A stretch of DNA of 63,215 bases, filler included, from Dirinaria sp. TL-2023a (GCA_051941275.1; 23 parts of 23 records of this genome joined end to end with filler, not necessarily neighbours in it); one strand, 5' to 3'; counted from the first letter of the whole stretch, positions 23,330-36,003 are shown. Program-made: numbers and translations. The notes: a model not told the origin generated them from the letters alone.

Positions 23330-23820
23330 ACATATACATTTAAATCGTCTGTCGCGCTTAGAAGCATGTAATATTTGATCGAAACTGATGTAGTTGAATC
23401 GAATCGAGAGAAAGTCAGATATGCAGATCTTGAGCGTTTCGTTCGATCAGTAAGAAATCTGTCACTGACGATCGATCAAGCTGCATCATATCTCAAGAGC
23501 TACGACAAAATCTCGAAAGTAAACGTCAATTGACAAGAACTTAGATGTTTTCATGAAAGAACGATCTGTTCAGTTATGAAGAGAAATCGATCGTGACTAC
23601 ATTCGTGTCGAGTTCTGAAGAAATCTCACAGACAGCGTCAGACGCTGTGATTTTTCTTCGAATTCTTTGTTTCTGTGATCTCGAGCGTATCTCAATCAGC
23701 ATCTTGAAACAAAAATGTGACGTCGTGTCTCAGAAAGACAGACGTGCTATATTCATAGCATCAACGATCAACAAGCTCGAGACGATTATCGATTTATTTA
23801 AGTCTTCAATACGTATTTTC
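23330..23820 (+). pseudogene. Hypermutated NB-ARC (NLR-like) gene fragment
   Basis: ADLERFVRSVRNLSLTIDQAASYLK (ancestral GNLPLAIDQAASY) and DAVIFLRILCFCDLERISISIL (ancestral CFCDPExIPISIL). Confidence 0.7.
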
Positions 23821-24955
23821 GGTCGGCGACGAGGTCTATCTGTACGCGGTGCCGGCTACGAACCTGTTGTTACTACGGTATACAGCAGAGCCAAATGACC
23901 TCACGACGCGAAGAGCCGATCTCAAAGCGTTGACTACAAGGGACACTGACATACGAAAATTATTCGACGCGTTGTTTACTTGACTCGTACTCAGGCTCGA
24001 AGTTGAACTTATTATTCAGTGAACGTGATATCGTTTACACACGCGACAGAACACTCTTGAGCTCACATCTGCTCTGAGATCGTCACAGCTTCGGCGAGAG
24101 CGAAGCGACGAGAGCGAAGAAATCTTTAAAGCTCTATCTCACTCGTACTGAGGCTCGAAGCAGTTACTGAGCGTGAAGATAGCTGTGAATGTGATATCGT
24201 TCTAGAACTAGAGAGAATAAGAACTTGATTAGTAAGAGACGATCGAACTACACTGTCGACGTGAGCGTAGCAGACGAAATCTCTTGCAAGACATGATCGA
24301 TCTGTCATAGCGAGAGCTTTACAGATATCACGAAACAGTAGCATTATTGTTGCTGCGAGGCGAGGCATATAATGACGACGACGAGTTGATCTTTGAGATC
24401 TCATCTCTTCAATGAGCTCTGATCTCAAATGTTCGTGAGAATGTGATCACGTCACAGTCATGACATCGTCTATATGACCCGAGAGAACGAATGCGCATGT
24501 CGATGTGTATACAGACGGGACTGTCGTTGCTACATGCTTAAGGAGCAAACTTCAGTCGACTCTGAGTTGAGAGACCTGCCTCATCTCAAGAGTACCATCT
24601 CCAAAAAGCAGAGAAAACAGGGGTAGGGTTCTGAATAAGCAGAACACGTCGAACCTACAGATCGATTGGGGGCTAGATAACGCCGCGGGCGCCACAGCAG
24701 CGATACGAATGATCCTATCCACTGGTCTACTTAGTCAGTTTCAGGCAGTCGCTGGTCATTCAGATTCAGATCCTTCAAATTCTTAAACTCATAGAGTTCT
24801 CGCATGGAGGATTTCCTAGTACTACGGATAGATGAAACGGCATGTAATATAGAGGNNNNNNNNNNNNNNNNNNNNNNNNNNNNNNNNNNNNNNNNNNNNT
24901 TAATTAATTAANNNNNNNNNNNNNNNNNNNNNNNNNNNNNNNNNNNNNNNNNNNN

Positions 24956-25389
24956 AGACGTCGATCAATGTCTGAAAAGATCTGTCTGGGGCTCGCAGAG
25001 TGCCAATCGTGTCTAGCATGCTCCCTAAACCAACGTACCGAAAGCCCGGCTGCGTACTTGGTAGGGAGATCGCGAAAGTCGAAGCAAATGCTAATGAGCC
25101 TAAATAAAGAGGCGTATCTTTGAAAAATGGTTCCGCGGCAACGCTTGCGCGACGTGGGAAGCCTAAAGCGATTGCGACCATATAGCACGATGGCAGCTTC
25201 TTCATGGATCTTTCTACAGGTTCCAAGCAGAGCCACTGAGAGCTGTGGCACGTCCTGGCTTGCCCATTCAGTGATTTCGGTTCGCTCCCAATTAGTCGGA
25301 TTGGGAACGACGATGTGGTCAGTCACAAGACAGAGCCCGTATATCATCACACGAAGCTCTGCCGGAAGATCCAGGAAGGAAGACATCAT
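24956..25389 (-). CDS. Fungal F-box-like domain protein, 3' truncated
   Basis: MMSSFLDLPAELRVMIYGLCL...VALLGTCRKIHEEAAIVLYGRNRFRL. Confidence 0.75.
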
Positions 25390-26323
25390 CAGCAATCGCT
25401 CTGACAACACAACGAAGATGATCTTTCTCGCGTCAGCGTATGTCATGTGTCGCATTAACGATGGAGATTTACCTATTTTAAAGATAGTGGTAAAGATCAA
25501 AGTCCATGCGTAAGCCTGTATGATTGCTATATGAATCACAATGCCAAGTGGAACATATATGATCGACGGGCTCTACGTGATGAAGGAACAGTAGATACGA
25601 TCGAAGATCGTAAGTGAAAGACGATGTGGATATCTGAAGAATGTGTACCATATAGAGAATAATCTGTAAGGTCAATTTTGTCCTTCAATCACAGCCTGTG
25701 CATATGCTTTTGCAAGGGAAGTTATGTATCAGTCACTCCTTCTCTCTATTGCTTGTGAGTCGTTTTGTATTTCAAAGCTGCTCTGATTCCGATGACTTAC
25801 TTCAGGACGTCTACTCAAGGAGATTGGATGCGCAGGCGTTAAAATCGTGTGATGTGAATCTACGGTCTGCCTCAGACTTGGAGCTAATGATGGCGCAGGA
25901 TCCGTTGTCTATCGTTAAGTTCGATCCGTGGGTTTTACCATCAACACATTGTGGCATTGTGTTGTGTTATGTCATAAGTATCATCACATGCTCTCTACTT
26001 CGTCGTACCTTCCATCTCAACACAGCAGCATATCTTAACGCAGCACCATTCGAAAAGCCAAATTCCTGTGTGCCGCCTTAACCTTCAAATACTAGAATCT
26101 CTGAAGAGAAATCTAAACCAGGCCATCTACAAAATAGCTCAAACGCGCGTCCAGGTTAGCACAGCATTCAGATACCAAAGCAGTTGATTAGCTTGTAAGT
26201 GTTTTCAAAACTACAATCTGTTACGTAGATAAACATTCTCTTTGATCCTTGAAGGAAAGTCCGTACTCAGATTGACTTATATTGATAGGACACTGTTCGG
26301 TCAAGTACCCTTACCACATCCCC

Positions 26324-27040
26324 ATGGCCAGCTTCTTGGACCTCCCGCGCGAGCTTAGGGATCAGATATACAGCTACTGCCTCTGTGTGGACAAGTGGAT
26401 TCAGTTACGGAGTAATGACGGGCACCTTGTCACTTTTGGGTCCGGCATTATCTCCCCTCCCGTACTTGCCCTCCTCCGCGTCAACAAGCAGATATACCAA
26501 GAAGGTTGCATTTTCTTTTACGAACGAAATAGATGGCGGATCCGATCCGACGATCCAGGGAACTGTTTCCCCGTCTTCTACTCGAAGCATGGCAGTCTTA
26601 TCCGCCATGCGATATTCAGTGATCACGATATCGCGAGCCTTGGATTTTGGATTGCGTCAATGACGCGAGACGGGCGCAGGGAGTCCCCTCACCATGCGAA
26701 CTTCACTCGTCCACCTTCTATGAGAAATCTGGACAGAATGAGTTGGCTACCGTTCTTGAGAGATATTACTTCACTGACGCTGCTCGTTGGCAGCCAGCAT
26801 CGTCATATGTGCTTGTACCGGTCGAATAACTTATGCCGGGTCGATAAATTGCATCGTGTCTGGAGTACCCTGCTAAGCCCGCTGATCGATGCTCCTCGTC
26901 AGGAGCGACCTCTTCCATCTTTGGAGAAGATTCGGATCTTGGGATTGCAGGTTAGAAGTGAGAAGATGTTCTTTGTCGAGAGAACCGGTGTGGATGGCGG
27001 GAGGAGTGACTATCAATTTATTTGGCGTTTCCGCGATTGA
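26324..27040 (+). CDS. Fungal F-box-like domain protein
   Basis: MASFLDLPRELRDQIYSYCL...LALLRVNKQIYQEGCIFFYERNRWRI; single open exon ending in TGA. Confidence 0.75.
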   Translation: MASFLDLPRELRDQIYSYCLCVDKWIQLRSNDGHLVTFGSGIISPPVLALLRVNKQIYQEGCIFFYERNRWRIRSDDPGNCFPVFYSKHGSLIRHAIFSDHDIASLGFWIASMTRDGRRESPHHANFTRPPSMRNLDRMSWLPFLRDITSLTLLVGSQHRHMCLYRSNNLCRVDKLHRVWSTLLSPLIDAPRQERPLPSLEKIRILGLQVRSEKMFFVERTGVDGGRSDYQFIWRFRD

Positions 27041-30000
27041 GCCGTCTGCAAGAGGCTGCTAGATACCTGTTTTGCCGCTTTAGAACTAGTCAGAGGACAG
27101 GAAATGTCCGAGGATTGAAGAGACTCTGCTTTAAACGTAGCAGAAGATAATGGTAGATTGCAAATTAATCGTCAGCGTGTATCTGCCATATGTTAAGCCT
27201 GCATACCGTACCATTGCAATTCTTCCCAATCTAAGTATGAGCCATCTTTGGGCTCGGAATCCATTCGCGATTGATACGATTAAACCTCCAGCGATATACC
27301 CAGCCCTAACTCTCGGAACCACTCAAGTGCTTAGCAAGTATATCCAAATCAGATGATCAAAATGCAGCATAGCGCACCTTCAAAAGCGAGGGATAGTCCA
27401 AACCCAAAGAAATGCAATCTAAGCAAATTTTGAAATGTAGATGACAAGCTTCTACCATAATGAATACCATAACTTCACATACTGCACTCCACGAAAGTGT
27501 GCGCTTTAAACCGGAAAACACCCAACCCTCACGCGCAGCGTATGGACATACATTCACCCTCTCCTCTTCCTCCCACCACCACCTCCACCACCACCACCAC
27601 CAGCCTGCGCCGCCTCCGGCTNNNNNNNNNNNNNNNNNNNNNNNNNNNNNNNNNNNNNNNNNNNNTTAATTAATTAANNNNNNNNNNNNNNNNNNNNNNN
27701 NNNNNNNNNNNNNNNNNNNNNTCAACTATGATCTAGGCAGGCTAGATTTCATGGTGTCAAGCAAAGTGGCAAAAGCTAAGTGAAGAAGAAGGAGCCATGG
27801 CGACAGCAATCAGTCGTAACATTGAGACTATATCTGTCAGGAATCTGACTTTATAATTGACATAAATACCAAGGAGGCGAACTCGTTCTGATTGTTACGA
27901 TTAGAGTCTTTTCTTGCAATTCTTTCTCAGTTCAACTTTCCCTGGTTTTCTGTGAACAGAGTCATTAATAATCCCTTCTCGAATTGGTTTTTCATACTGC
28001 ACTCAGTCGAGCTTCTGAAATGACTTTATCACCTTCTTGTTCTGTTTGTCCTTCTTGTTCTGTTTGTTGAGATCGCTCACCTTGTCAAACATCTTTTGAT
28101 CTGACGTGATTGCTCAGGTCTCAGCAGCTTTCTGGATTTGAGAGTCGGTAGCATGAAAATGATCAAGTCGAGTCACGTAGGATTACTTCAGCTGAGAATA
28201 TACAGAGATTGTCAAGGCTCAAGTTGAGGCTCTCGAGCTGTACTTCAAGAACTGGAAGATGGAGTTGTTTGGAATCTCATCATCTCCAAAGTACATCAAC
28301 GGAACATGTCTCATCGTCTTATTGATTGATGATAGATGCAAGAACTCTTTCGTCCTCGCGTTCGAAAAGTCGGCAGTCGGAACGACAATGACGTTCTTCA
28401 TAGTCAGAACTTTTCTTGTGAGAAATCTACGTCCATTAGTAAGTCTCGATCTGATCGCTTTTCATAAACATGGTAATTCCGATCATGACAATCAAATCGA
28501 TAAAATTTCGAGTCTGCTGGTGAAACGTTAAAACTGAATCTTTAGTTCGACTTGATAAAGAATCTTCAGACTTATCGACGACATGACCATTGTTGCATGG
28601 AGTCAATATCCTGCGATTGTATTCTGTATATAAGCAAGCGAGAATCTTATGCCAGTAGTTCCCATAAATCTGCATAGACAGTGATCGCGACAACAATGCT
28701 TCGCTCCGACTATCTTTGGTTTCTGTGAGCCTCCGTTTGATGGCATCTAACCACATGTGACCAACCTTCATTGGTCTGCCGCAGCTATGTAGCACCTCTG
28801 CTGGTTGTATTCAAGTAACTACCTAGGCGCACTTGTCTTGGTTGGGTCGCAGATTGGGCGCTAGCATTCCTTGCTTGTACTTTGTGTAGTCCTGGGTCAA
28901 TCACACGAGCTTTTTCATCCACAGGTTTGACCCATATCAATGGAAATTCCGTTCGTAAAATTCCCGACTGTCTGGCATGTCGCCAGTTGTATCGGTCCTG
29001 AAGCTGCTGGTCGGAGGATGTCTCAGTGCTATCTTCAATATCAGTCGTGGATAGCGTGTCAATCTTTGCAATCTTTGCTAGGAACATTAGCTTTTTCGGA
29101 GACTTGAGCCGCCCAGGCTTGTGATTTGATGACAGGATGTCTTTGAGCTTGAAACTTGAGAAAGCCGATACATCGTGTTACATTGGACGATGCATTGTTT
29201 GCTTACAATATCAACATTTGAGTAGTCTGAATAATGTCAAGCTCTTGCAATCCGAGACTGAATCAATAACATAGGAGATAGTGAAGTAGAGTGTACGAGT
29301 ACGGACAAATGAAGTCGACTGGATGGGTCAATATGATATCGCCAGCATGGCGTGGAATATAAGAGCCTTAAAGAAGATATAGGCAATGTTCGCCTTAGTC
29401 ATACATCACACCTTTTTATACCTTCACCAGACTCGCTTTTGTAAGTCCGGTTAGCGAACGAAGCAGTAGTAGTTCTTTGTGGTATTCTTTAAGTAGCTGA
29501 CTTCATAAAACGAGGGCAATATAAAAACCTTTCAATTGATGTGATATAGTATTGCCACAACATCAGGTAAATATGAAGGTGATTGAAGAACCAGGAGTCC
29601 TATATATTCTAGAAAACTTTATGCTAGGCATGAGAAGGCCCTGTCACCTAGAAAGCAGGTAAGCTAAAGCAAGGGCTTTAGGTGAGGCCGCAGATGCCAA
29701 GCTAGAGACCACCAAAGTGACACGGAGATCCAGCTTGCTGATTCTCAAGAGTAGTAGAATATGCCGCCAATCGAGCCGGTGCGCATGCTGAAACACATGT
29801 GACATCTTTCCATGTTCTCCATGCGCAGGGTGGCTGGCTCTGAAGGAAGGCTGTGAGTAACGTTGCTTGAGACCCTCGATTAAAGGAATAACTGTGCTTT
29901 AAGACGAGGTTTGGTACGATGCAGATGACAAAGAGGAAATCGTGCATACTGATATGGGGAAGCAATATTCCCAAACTAGCTTCCTTCCTTCTGGCGTCAT

Positions 30001-31114
30001 CTTAATTTGCTAGCAGTCAACTATTCGTCAACAAGGTTACGTGACTTGACAGCAACTTTGGCGTCCTGAAAAAATCTAGCGAGATGTAGATGAGTAGGAA
30101 TGACGAATGATTGCTAATGAGATTCAATCGGATGAAGTCGTGCTTAGATAAAGTCAAGACCATCATGTGATATGATGCGTAAAATCAGGTTTACAGGAAA
30201 CCTAACTCATCGGAGGTCAGAAACGTCGACGGCTCAACTCTTCTTGTGCCTTCGTACTGTTGGCTTTGCTCGCGTCGTTCGCTGCTCTCGCACTCTGCGC
30301 AGAGGCTTTACCTCAATGGTTAGGATGGTGACAGTCAGTATATAGCAGAAAGCGTATGGTGGATCTTGCCGTGATTGGATGTAGGANNNNNNNNNNNNNN
30401 NNNNNNNNNNNNNNNNNNNNNNNNNNNNNNTTAATTAATTAANNNNNNNNNNNNNNNNNNNNNNNNNNNNNNNNNNNNNNNNNNNNTGTATTGTCTTACT
30501 AACATTGGGGCTTGCGTCAACACTTATCGGCATGATCATTGATGAGTGGGTTTTCGCTCTCAGGGAACGGCGAAAGAAAAGAAAATTATGGCGGCGACTG
30601 AGTGACAAAGCATAGCACATATCTGTATCGTGGACACAGACTGAAATTATGCGTGTACTTGCAGTGCCAAAACAGGATCTTTGGCGCAAATATGCCAGAT
30701 GGAGTAATAGATATGATAATTGCGTGCGTTTCTGTACTGCTCATCTTCTGAACTTTGAAGCATATGATCTTGGCTGTAGACGTCCAGTAATCAAATGAAT
30801 GTTCAGTAACGATGAATCAAAACTGTGCGTTGAAACATCGTGAGATAAAGTTTACACATATCTTCAGTCTGTAAATGGGGAGTTTGGGGCCTGGCCAACG
30901 GAATTGAGGTTCCTACCGCCACCGGGAAAGACTAAGCGCTTACCAAATTCTACTGATACAAGGATACCTCCCTTACCTCAATTTACATGCTAGCGCTGTC
31001 GCTTGTCGTAGAGCCTCGTTCTTGCTGTAGTAAGACTGAATGATATCGACTTGCTACTTCAAAGTTGGTCTTTACCCATAAGTCAGTTGCACGCCCATCT
31101 GAAGGTTTGTTGCC

Positions 31115-33144
31115 ATGGTAAGTGCAGGACCGAGGCAAGGCAGACGGCGGTTGATGGGACCTAGGTGCGAGTGGTGACGGACGACGACATCGGGCTCAAA
31201 GTCCTCTACGAGCCTCCTTCGGACGCCCAGGACGCGACTCCTACACTGTCGGTGGAGTATGACATCACTACCCTTCTCGAGCACTCCATCCTGCCGGCAC
31301 TGACAGCCTTGCTCCAGCATTGTCGCTATCCACGGGATTGGCGCCCATCCGGATGACACTTGGTGCAAGAGGATCGACACAGGCGGCTCGTCGGAGAAAT
31401 ATGTGAATTGGCTTAAGGATAGAGACATGCTGCCGGCGATAGTCCCGGATGCTCGGATCATGAGATATGGATATCAGTCGCAGTGGTTCGGGGACGAGGC
31501 TATCAGCCAGAAGACTTCGACAGTAGCTCAGCGTCTTCTTCTGAGCCTCCGACGGGCTCGAAAAGTATGGCTCGGCTGACAGGTGGCATGTCTCAGTGAT
31601 GCTTACAAGTCGACAGACTGGTCCCCTCCGTCCTCTGCTGTTCATCGCACACTGCTTTGGTGGTCTGGTCGTTCTACGGGTAAGGTATTCAGCTCGAAGC
31701 GACGATGTCACGCTGACAGCGCTTAGGCGATGGTCGATGCGCAGCGCTCCGACACCAAATGGCCTGGGATCTTCAAGTCTACAACAGGCATGGTGTTCTT
31801 CGGGACACCATTCCGGGGCGCAGGAGGGCTGGATCAGAGGGAGATGCTCCGGGCTGCCCAGAGTCAATACGCCGAAGATCAGGTGCAGGGGGCGGTGCTG
31901 AACATTCTACCTCCTGGCAACGAGAGTTTGATAGATCTGACAGCATACTTCTTCGAGACAAGACGAGGCGAAGACAAGGCTCGGGTAGCCTGTTTCTTCG
32001 AGCAGAAATCGAGCAACGTGGGCGTCATTCTCCGCGAGAGTCGGATCCAGGTAAGTGAGGGAGATTCAAAGAGAGCGCGGGGCTGATCAAGGAGAAAGAA
32101 ATTTGTGGTCGACGAGACTTCTGGCTGCCTAGACCAGAGCGAGTCAACGGAGAAATACTCTCTATCGCGGGATCATTTCAGTATGAACAAGTTCGGACGA
32201 CCGGAGGAGGAGGACTTTCAGACGGTATGCGAGGTGGTCGAAAAGATGGTCGAGCAGTCGCCAGGCCTCATCACGACTCGAAATCAAGGTAGGTAGTGCG
32301 GGAGGTATGGAATCACTTCTCTCAACAGGCGATACTCGATTTCTAAGCAGTGTTGTCTTATAGAACATTGTTCCTCTGAACAGGATAGTTTCCGCGTGCC
32401 GTTCCGTCTTACTGGCCTGCCGGTTACTGGTAACTTTGTCGATCGAGATCAGGAGATGAGGTCGATCGAACGGTCACTACTTTCGTCGAATGCGCGAGAT
32501 CAGCGACGGATCCACGTCCTTCACGGTCTCGGCGGCATCGGCAAGACGCAGCTAGCCATCGCATATGCTCGCAAATATCAGGAGAGATATAGTGCGATTC
32601 TATGGCTAAACGGCAACAGTCGAGATACGCTTGTGCAGAGTCTTGCGGCATTTGCAAGGGATACAGAGATCGACGGCACACGGGAGTCGACGATCAGCGC
32701 TATCGGACACGGTCAGGAATTGTGGGAGAAGGCGAATGCTGTTCTTCGGTGGCTCGCCCGTGACGGAAATCATCGATGGCTTCTAGTTTTTGACAACGTT
32801 GACCGAGACTATCAGGCGGAGACGGAAGATCAACAAGCTTATGACATCGAGTCCTTCTTTCCCGCCAGTGATCATGGCTCCGTCCTGATCACTACAAGAC
32901 TTCCTCACCTTGGAGAACATGGGTCGGCGACGAAAGTGACGAGTGTTGATCAAGAACAAGGACGTCAGATTATCAGAAATAACGTACGAGCATGTCTGTC
33001 TACGTCAGGTAATCACGTGCTTTGATCTCCGTTCTGATTATCGAAACTAAGAAATACGCAGAGATGGACAGCCTCGTGATCAGACTGGGAGGACTTCCGC
33101 TAGCTATCGTTCAGGCCGGTCGATACATGCAGGAGACCGGAACG
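31115..33144 (+). CDS. Fungal NLR-like protein: SesB-like alpha/beta hydrolase + NB-ARC, 3' truncated, multi-exon
   Basis: IVAIHGIGAHPDDTW, NWLKDRDMLP, ARIMRYGY, PLLFIAHCFGGLVV, GMVFFGTPFRG; P-loop HGLGGIGKTQLA, Walker B WLLVFDNVD, GSVLITTR, GGLPLAIVQAG. The first exon appears to be ATG only, followed by GTAAGT. Confidence 0.9.
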
Positions 33145-33244
33145 NNNNNNNNNNNNNNNNNNNNNNNNNNNNNNNNNNNNNNNNNNNNTTAATTAATTAA
33201 NNNNNNNNNNNNNNNNNNNNNNNNNNNNNNNNNNNNNNNNNNNN

Positions 33245-33393
33245 GCCTCGGGATCCAACCTTCCGACGCTGGCTCCTAGGCGGCGCTAGCCATGCTTCAG
33301 ACCCCAAAGGATTGCCCCTGGGCACCCCGGCTGCCAAGCGGCGCTAGCCTGCATTGGTCAATATATATCAATGTATCAGGTATCACTATTACA
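33245..33393. repeat. LTR fragment, lightly mutated copy, truncated by contig start
   Basis: Aligns with 33696-33845 with one 1-nt indel; ends ...TTACA. Confidence 0.8.
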
Positions 33394-33432
33394 CTTCGAG
33401 TTTTTCTCTTAAAAGATTGAAGTGATTAAAAT

Positions 33433-33845
33433 TGTAAAATCGTATGCGTCGATTATTCGTCGACGCAGTATTTATGTGAAAAACGTGATAGTGTAATAGG
33501 TTATACGACTATCTGATACTGTAATTTCTGCTAAAACTAATCACTAAGAATCTTTTCTCGAAAAAGTGAATGATTCTTTATACTTAATTGCGAGCGTCAA
33601 CATTATCTCATTATGACGAGTTTCGCGCTGACGAATTACGAGCGCTCATAGACACAATACTCTATAAGCGTCAACTGCTCACTGACTTCTAGTCAGTCTC
33701 GAGATTCAGTCTTTCGACGCTAACTTCTAGACGGCGCTAGCCATGCTTCAGACCTCGAAGGATTGCCCCTGAGCACCCCCGACTGCCAAGCGGCGCTAGT
33801 CTGCATTGGTCAATATATATCAATGTATCAGATATCACTGTTACA
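33433..33845. repeat. LTR (413 bp, TGTAA...TTACA), hypermutated
   Basis: 5-bp terminal inverted repeat. The 3' part matches 33245-33393 and the 5' part matches 57424-57556. Confidence 0.8.
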
Positions 33846-35210
33846 TCGTGTGAAGAATCTCATAATATTTCAACAAATTCTGAACGAGACAACATCAGAC
33901 AATGTATCTGTCTCGACTCACAAAATTAATACGATTATCGAACGAGAGCAGAAAACGAAATTCGACGACGAATTCGAATAAAATAATAACGTATTTCGAG
34001 AATTAAAAAATAATACATTCGACGAAAAAATATAAATCGACGTGATCGACGCGATCGAACGAATGTTAAACAATGATGCAACTCGAGAACAAAAAATTTC
34101 GAGACATACAAACACATTAGTGTTAAATCGAGAAAATGCGACGATAAAAAATTGATACGATTATCGACTCTGTTGTACTTATTACTGTTGAATACATCGA
34201 CAGCGAGAATGCGATGACGCAGTGAATGATATAATTCACGAAACAATCGATGATATAAAATTACTCACGAAACAGCGATATGAGAATGTTAATTATTGAT
34301 TAACGTGTATTATATATGTTTCGAACGAGATACATCGTTTAAAAAAATACGAAAACTGAGTTTTTAAACACACGATATTCGAATTACAACAAATCATCGA
34401 GAAAAAACGATCGAGACACTCTGAATTAACAGCGATCAAATGTAACGAAAAACAATATGTAACTCATCGAGAGAAAAAAACAAAACACTCGAGTTTACAT
34501 TCATCGATTTGTTACGACGACGCATGCATGATTTATTACGAGAAAAATTAGAGACTAGCTGATTTCTCAGAGAATCACAGACAGAAAAAAACTCGAAAAA
34601 CGACAAGACTTTTCAGTAAAAAGCATACTGAAGAAATGCAATATTACGACTCAAAAATACATTAACGCAACAGATCAAACACGTATATTCGAAACGTCGA
34701 TATGAATCAATGATAATCGATTGACGACAATGATCGATTCGAAAACAATCGAAAACTTTATGACACGACATCGAGCAGAGCAATACGAGTTTACTACTCA
34801 GATTAAAAATGAAGTGTATAATTTAGTGACAATTGACGAGAACTCACTAACAAATAACAAAAAAAGAGTGAATAAAAAAACATTATCACTCATGACGATT
34901 ATTCAATATTATCGTGAGAAATTTATCTTTGCCATTGTAAACATGATCAAATACAATGTTGTATTGAAAATGTTTTGATTGAAGAAACACAATTTCAGCA
35001 TTGACTAAAGAAAAAAAATACTCAAATTTGAGAGATGCGAATGCGACATCGCAACTGAACTCATATGTCGACAGAGAACGATGATGAACGAGAAAACTAC
35101 TAAATGCGAATTAGCAGTTTCGAATAAAAATAATTCGAGAAGATTCGACTCAACAGATATCGACACAGATTAGCAGAATCAGAAAATCAGAGTTCAAAAA
35201 AAAGTAACGC
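33846..35210 (+). mobile_element. Hypermutated Ty3/Gypsy gag-protease relic
   Basis: MIDSKTIENFM (ancestral MIDSGATxNFM) and VVLKMF*LKKHNFSID* (ancestral VVLGMPWLKKHNPSIDW). Almost no CC or GG remains. Confidence 0.8.
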
Positions 35211-35696
35211 ATTGTTGCGTCCTATCAGTCTATTATCTAGGATTAGATCCTAAATAGGAAAGGTGCTAGAGTTTGATCTGTTTGAAGAGATCTGTCAAGA
35301 AACAACGAGTGTCTTCAAGATGATATAACGATATCACAACAAGATACAAGTTATTCTGAGCAGTAAATAACTATTGCAAAGATATTGAACACGATGTTAG
35401 AAAAACGTCGTGTTGAAATTTTATATACATCTCGCTCAGAACTGTTAAGATTTTTTGCTCAGTTCTGCTCAGTTGCTCAGTTCACTGAGCATTATTAATC
35501 AACTGAGCACTGCTCAGTGTCAAGTCTTTTTGCTCAGTACTGATTAAGCTCAGAGTTCACTAATCAGTTTCTAACTCTCTCGCTAACTCTAGATGTCAGA
35601 TCAAAATCGTAACATCATCTCTTTTTTAGATTAGCGTCGTTTCGATGTTTATATAGCGTCTTCTGTCTCTTTATTTCTTATTCATAACTCTTCGTC

Positions 35697-35897
35697 ATGT
35701 CAACTCGTAAATCTAAGTTCAGCATCGTTCGTCGTCATTTATTAGCAGAATTTATTAAGCTTTACGATGACAAAATAATTAAGAAATGCTTCATCTGTGT
35801 CAAGCACTCTCGCAGCTGTAAGATGCACATTAGCTCTGATAAATGTAATGAGTGTTTTCGTCGCGATCAGCGTTTCGACATTCGTGTGACGCAGTTC
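35697..35897 (+). pseudogene. Retroelement-associated Cys-cluster ORF (Zn2Cys6-like spacing), mutated and truncated
   Basis: KCFICVKHSRSCKMHISSDKCNECFRRDQRFDIRV, preceded from ~35212 by an LTR-like segment with many GCTCAG/CTGAGC repeats. Confidence 0.5.
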
Positions 35898-36003
35898 NNN
35901 NNNNNNNNNNNNNNNNNNNNNNNNNNNNNNNNNNNNNNNNNTTAATTAATTAANNNNNNNNNNNNNNNNNNNNNNNNNNNNNNNNNNNNNNNNNNNNTGC
36001 TAG

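Noticed and set aside
27722..29200. Broken minus-strand ORFs in contig 11
   Set aside because: They look like a decayed gene, but I recognise no motif, so no product can be supported.
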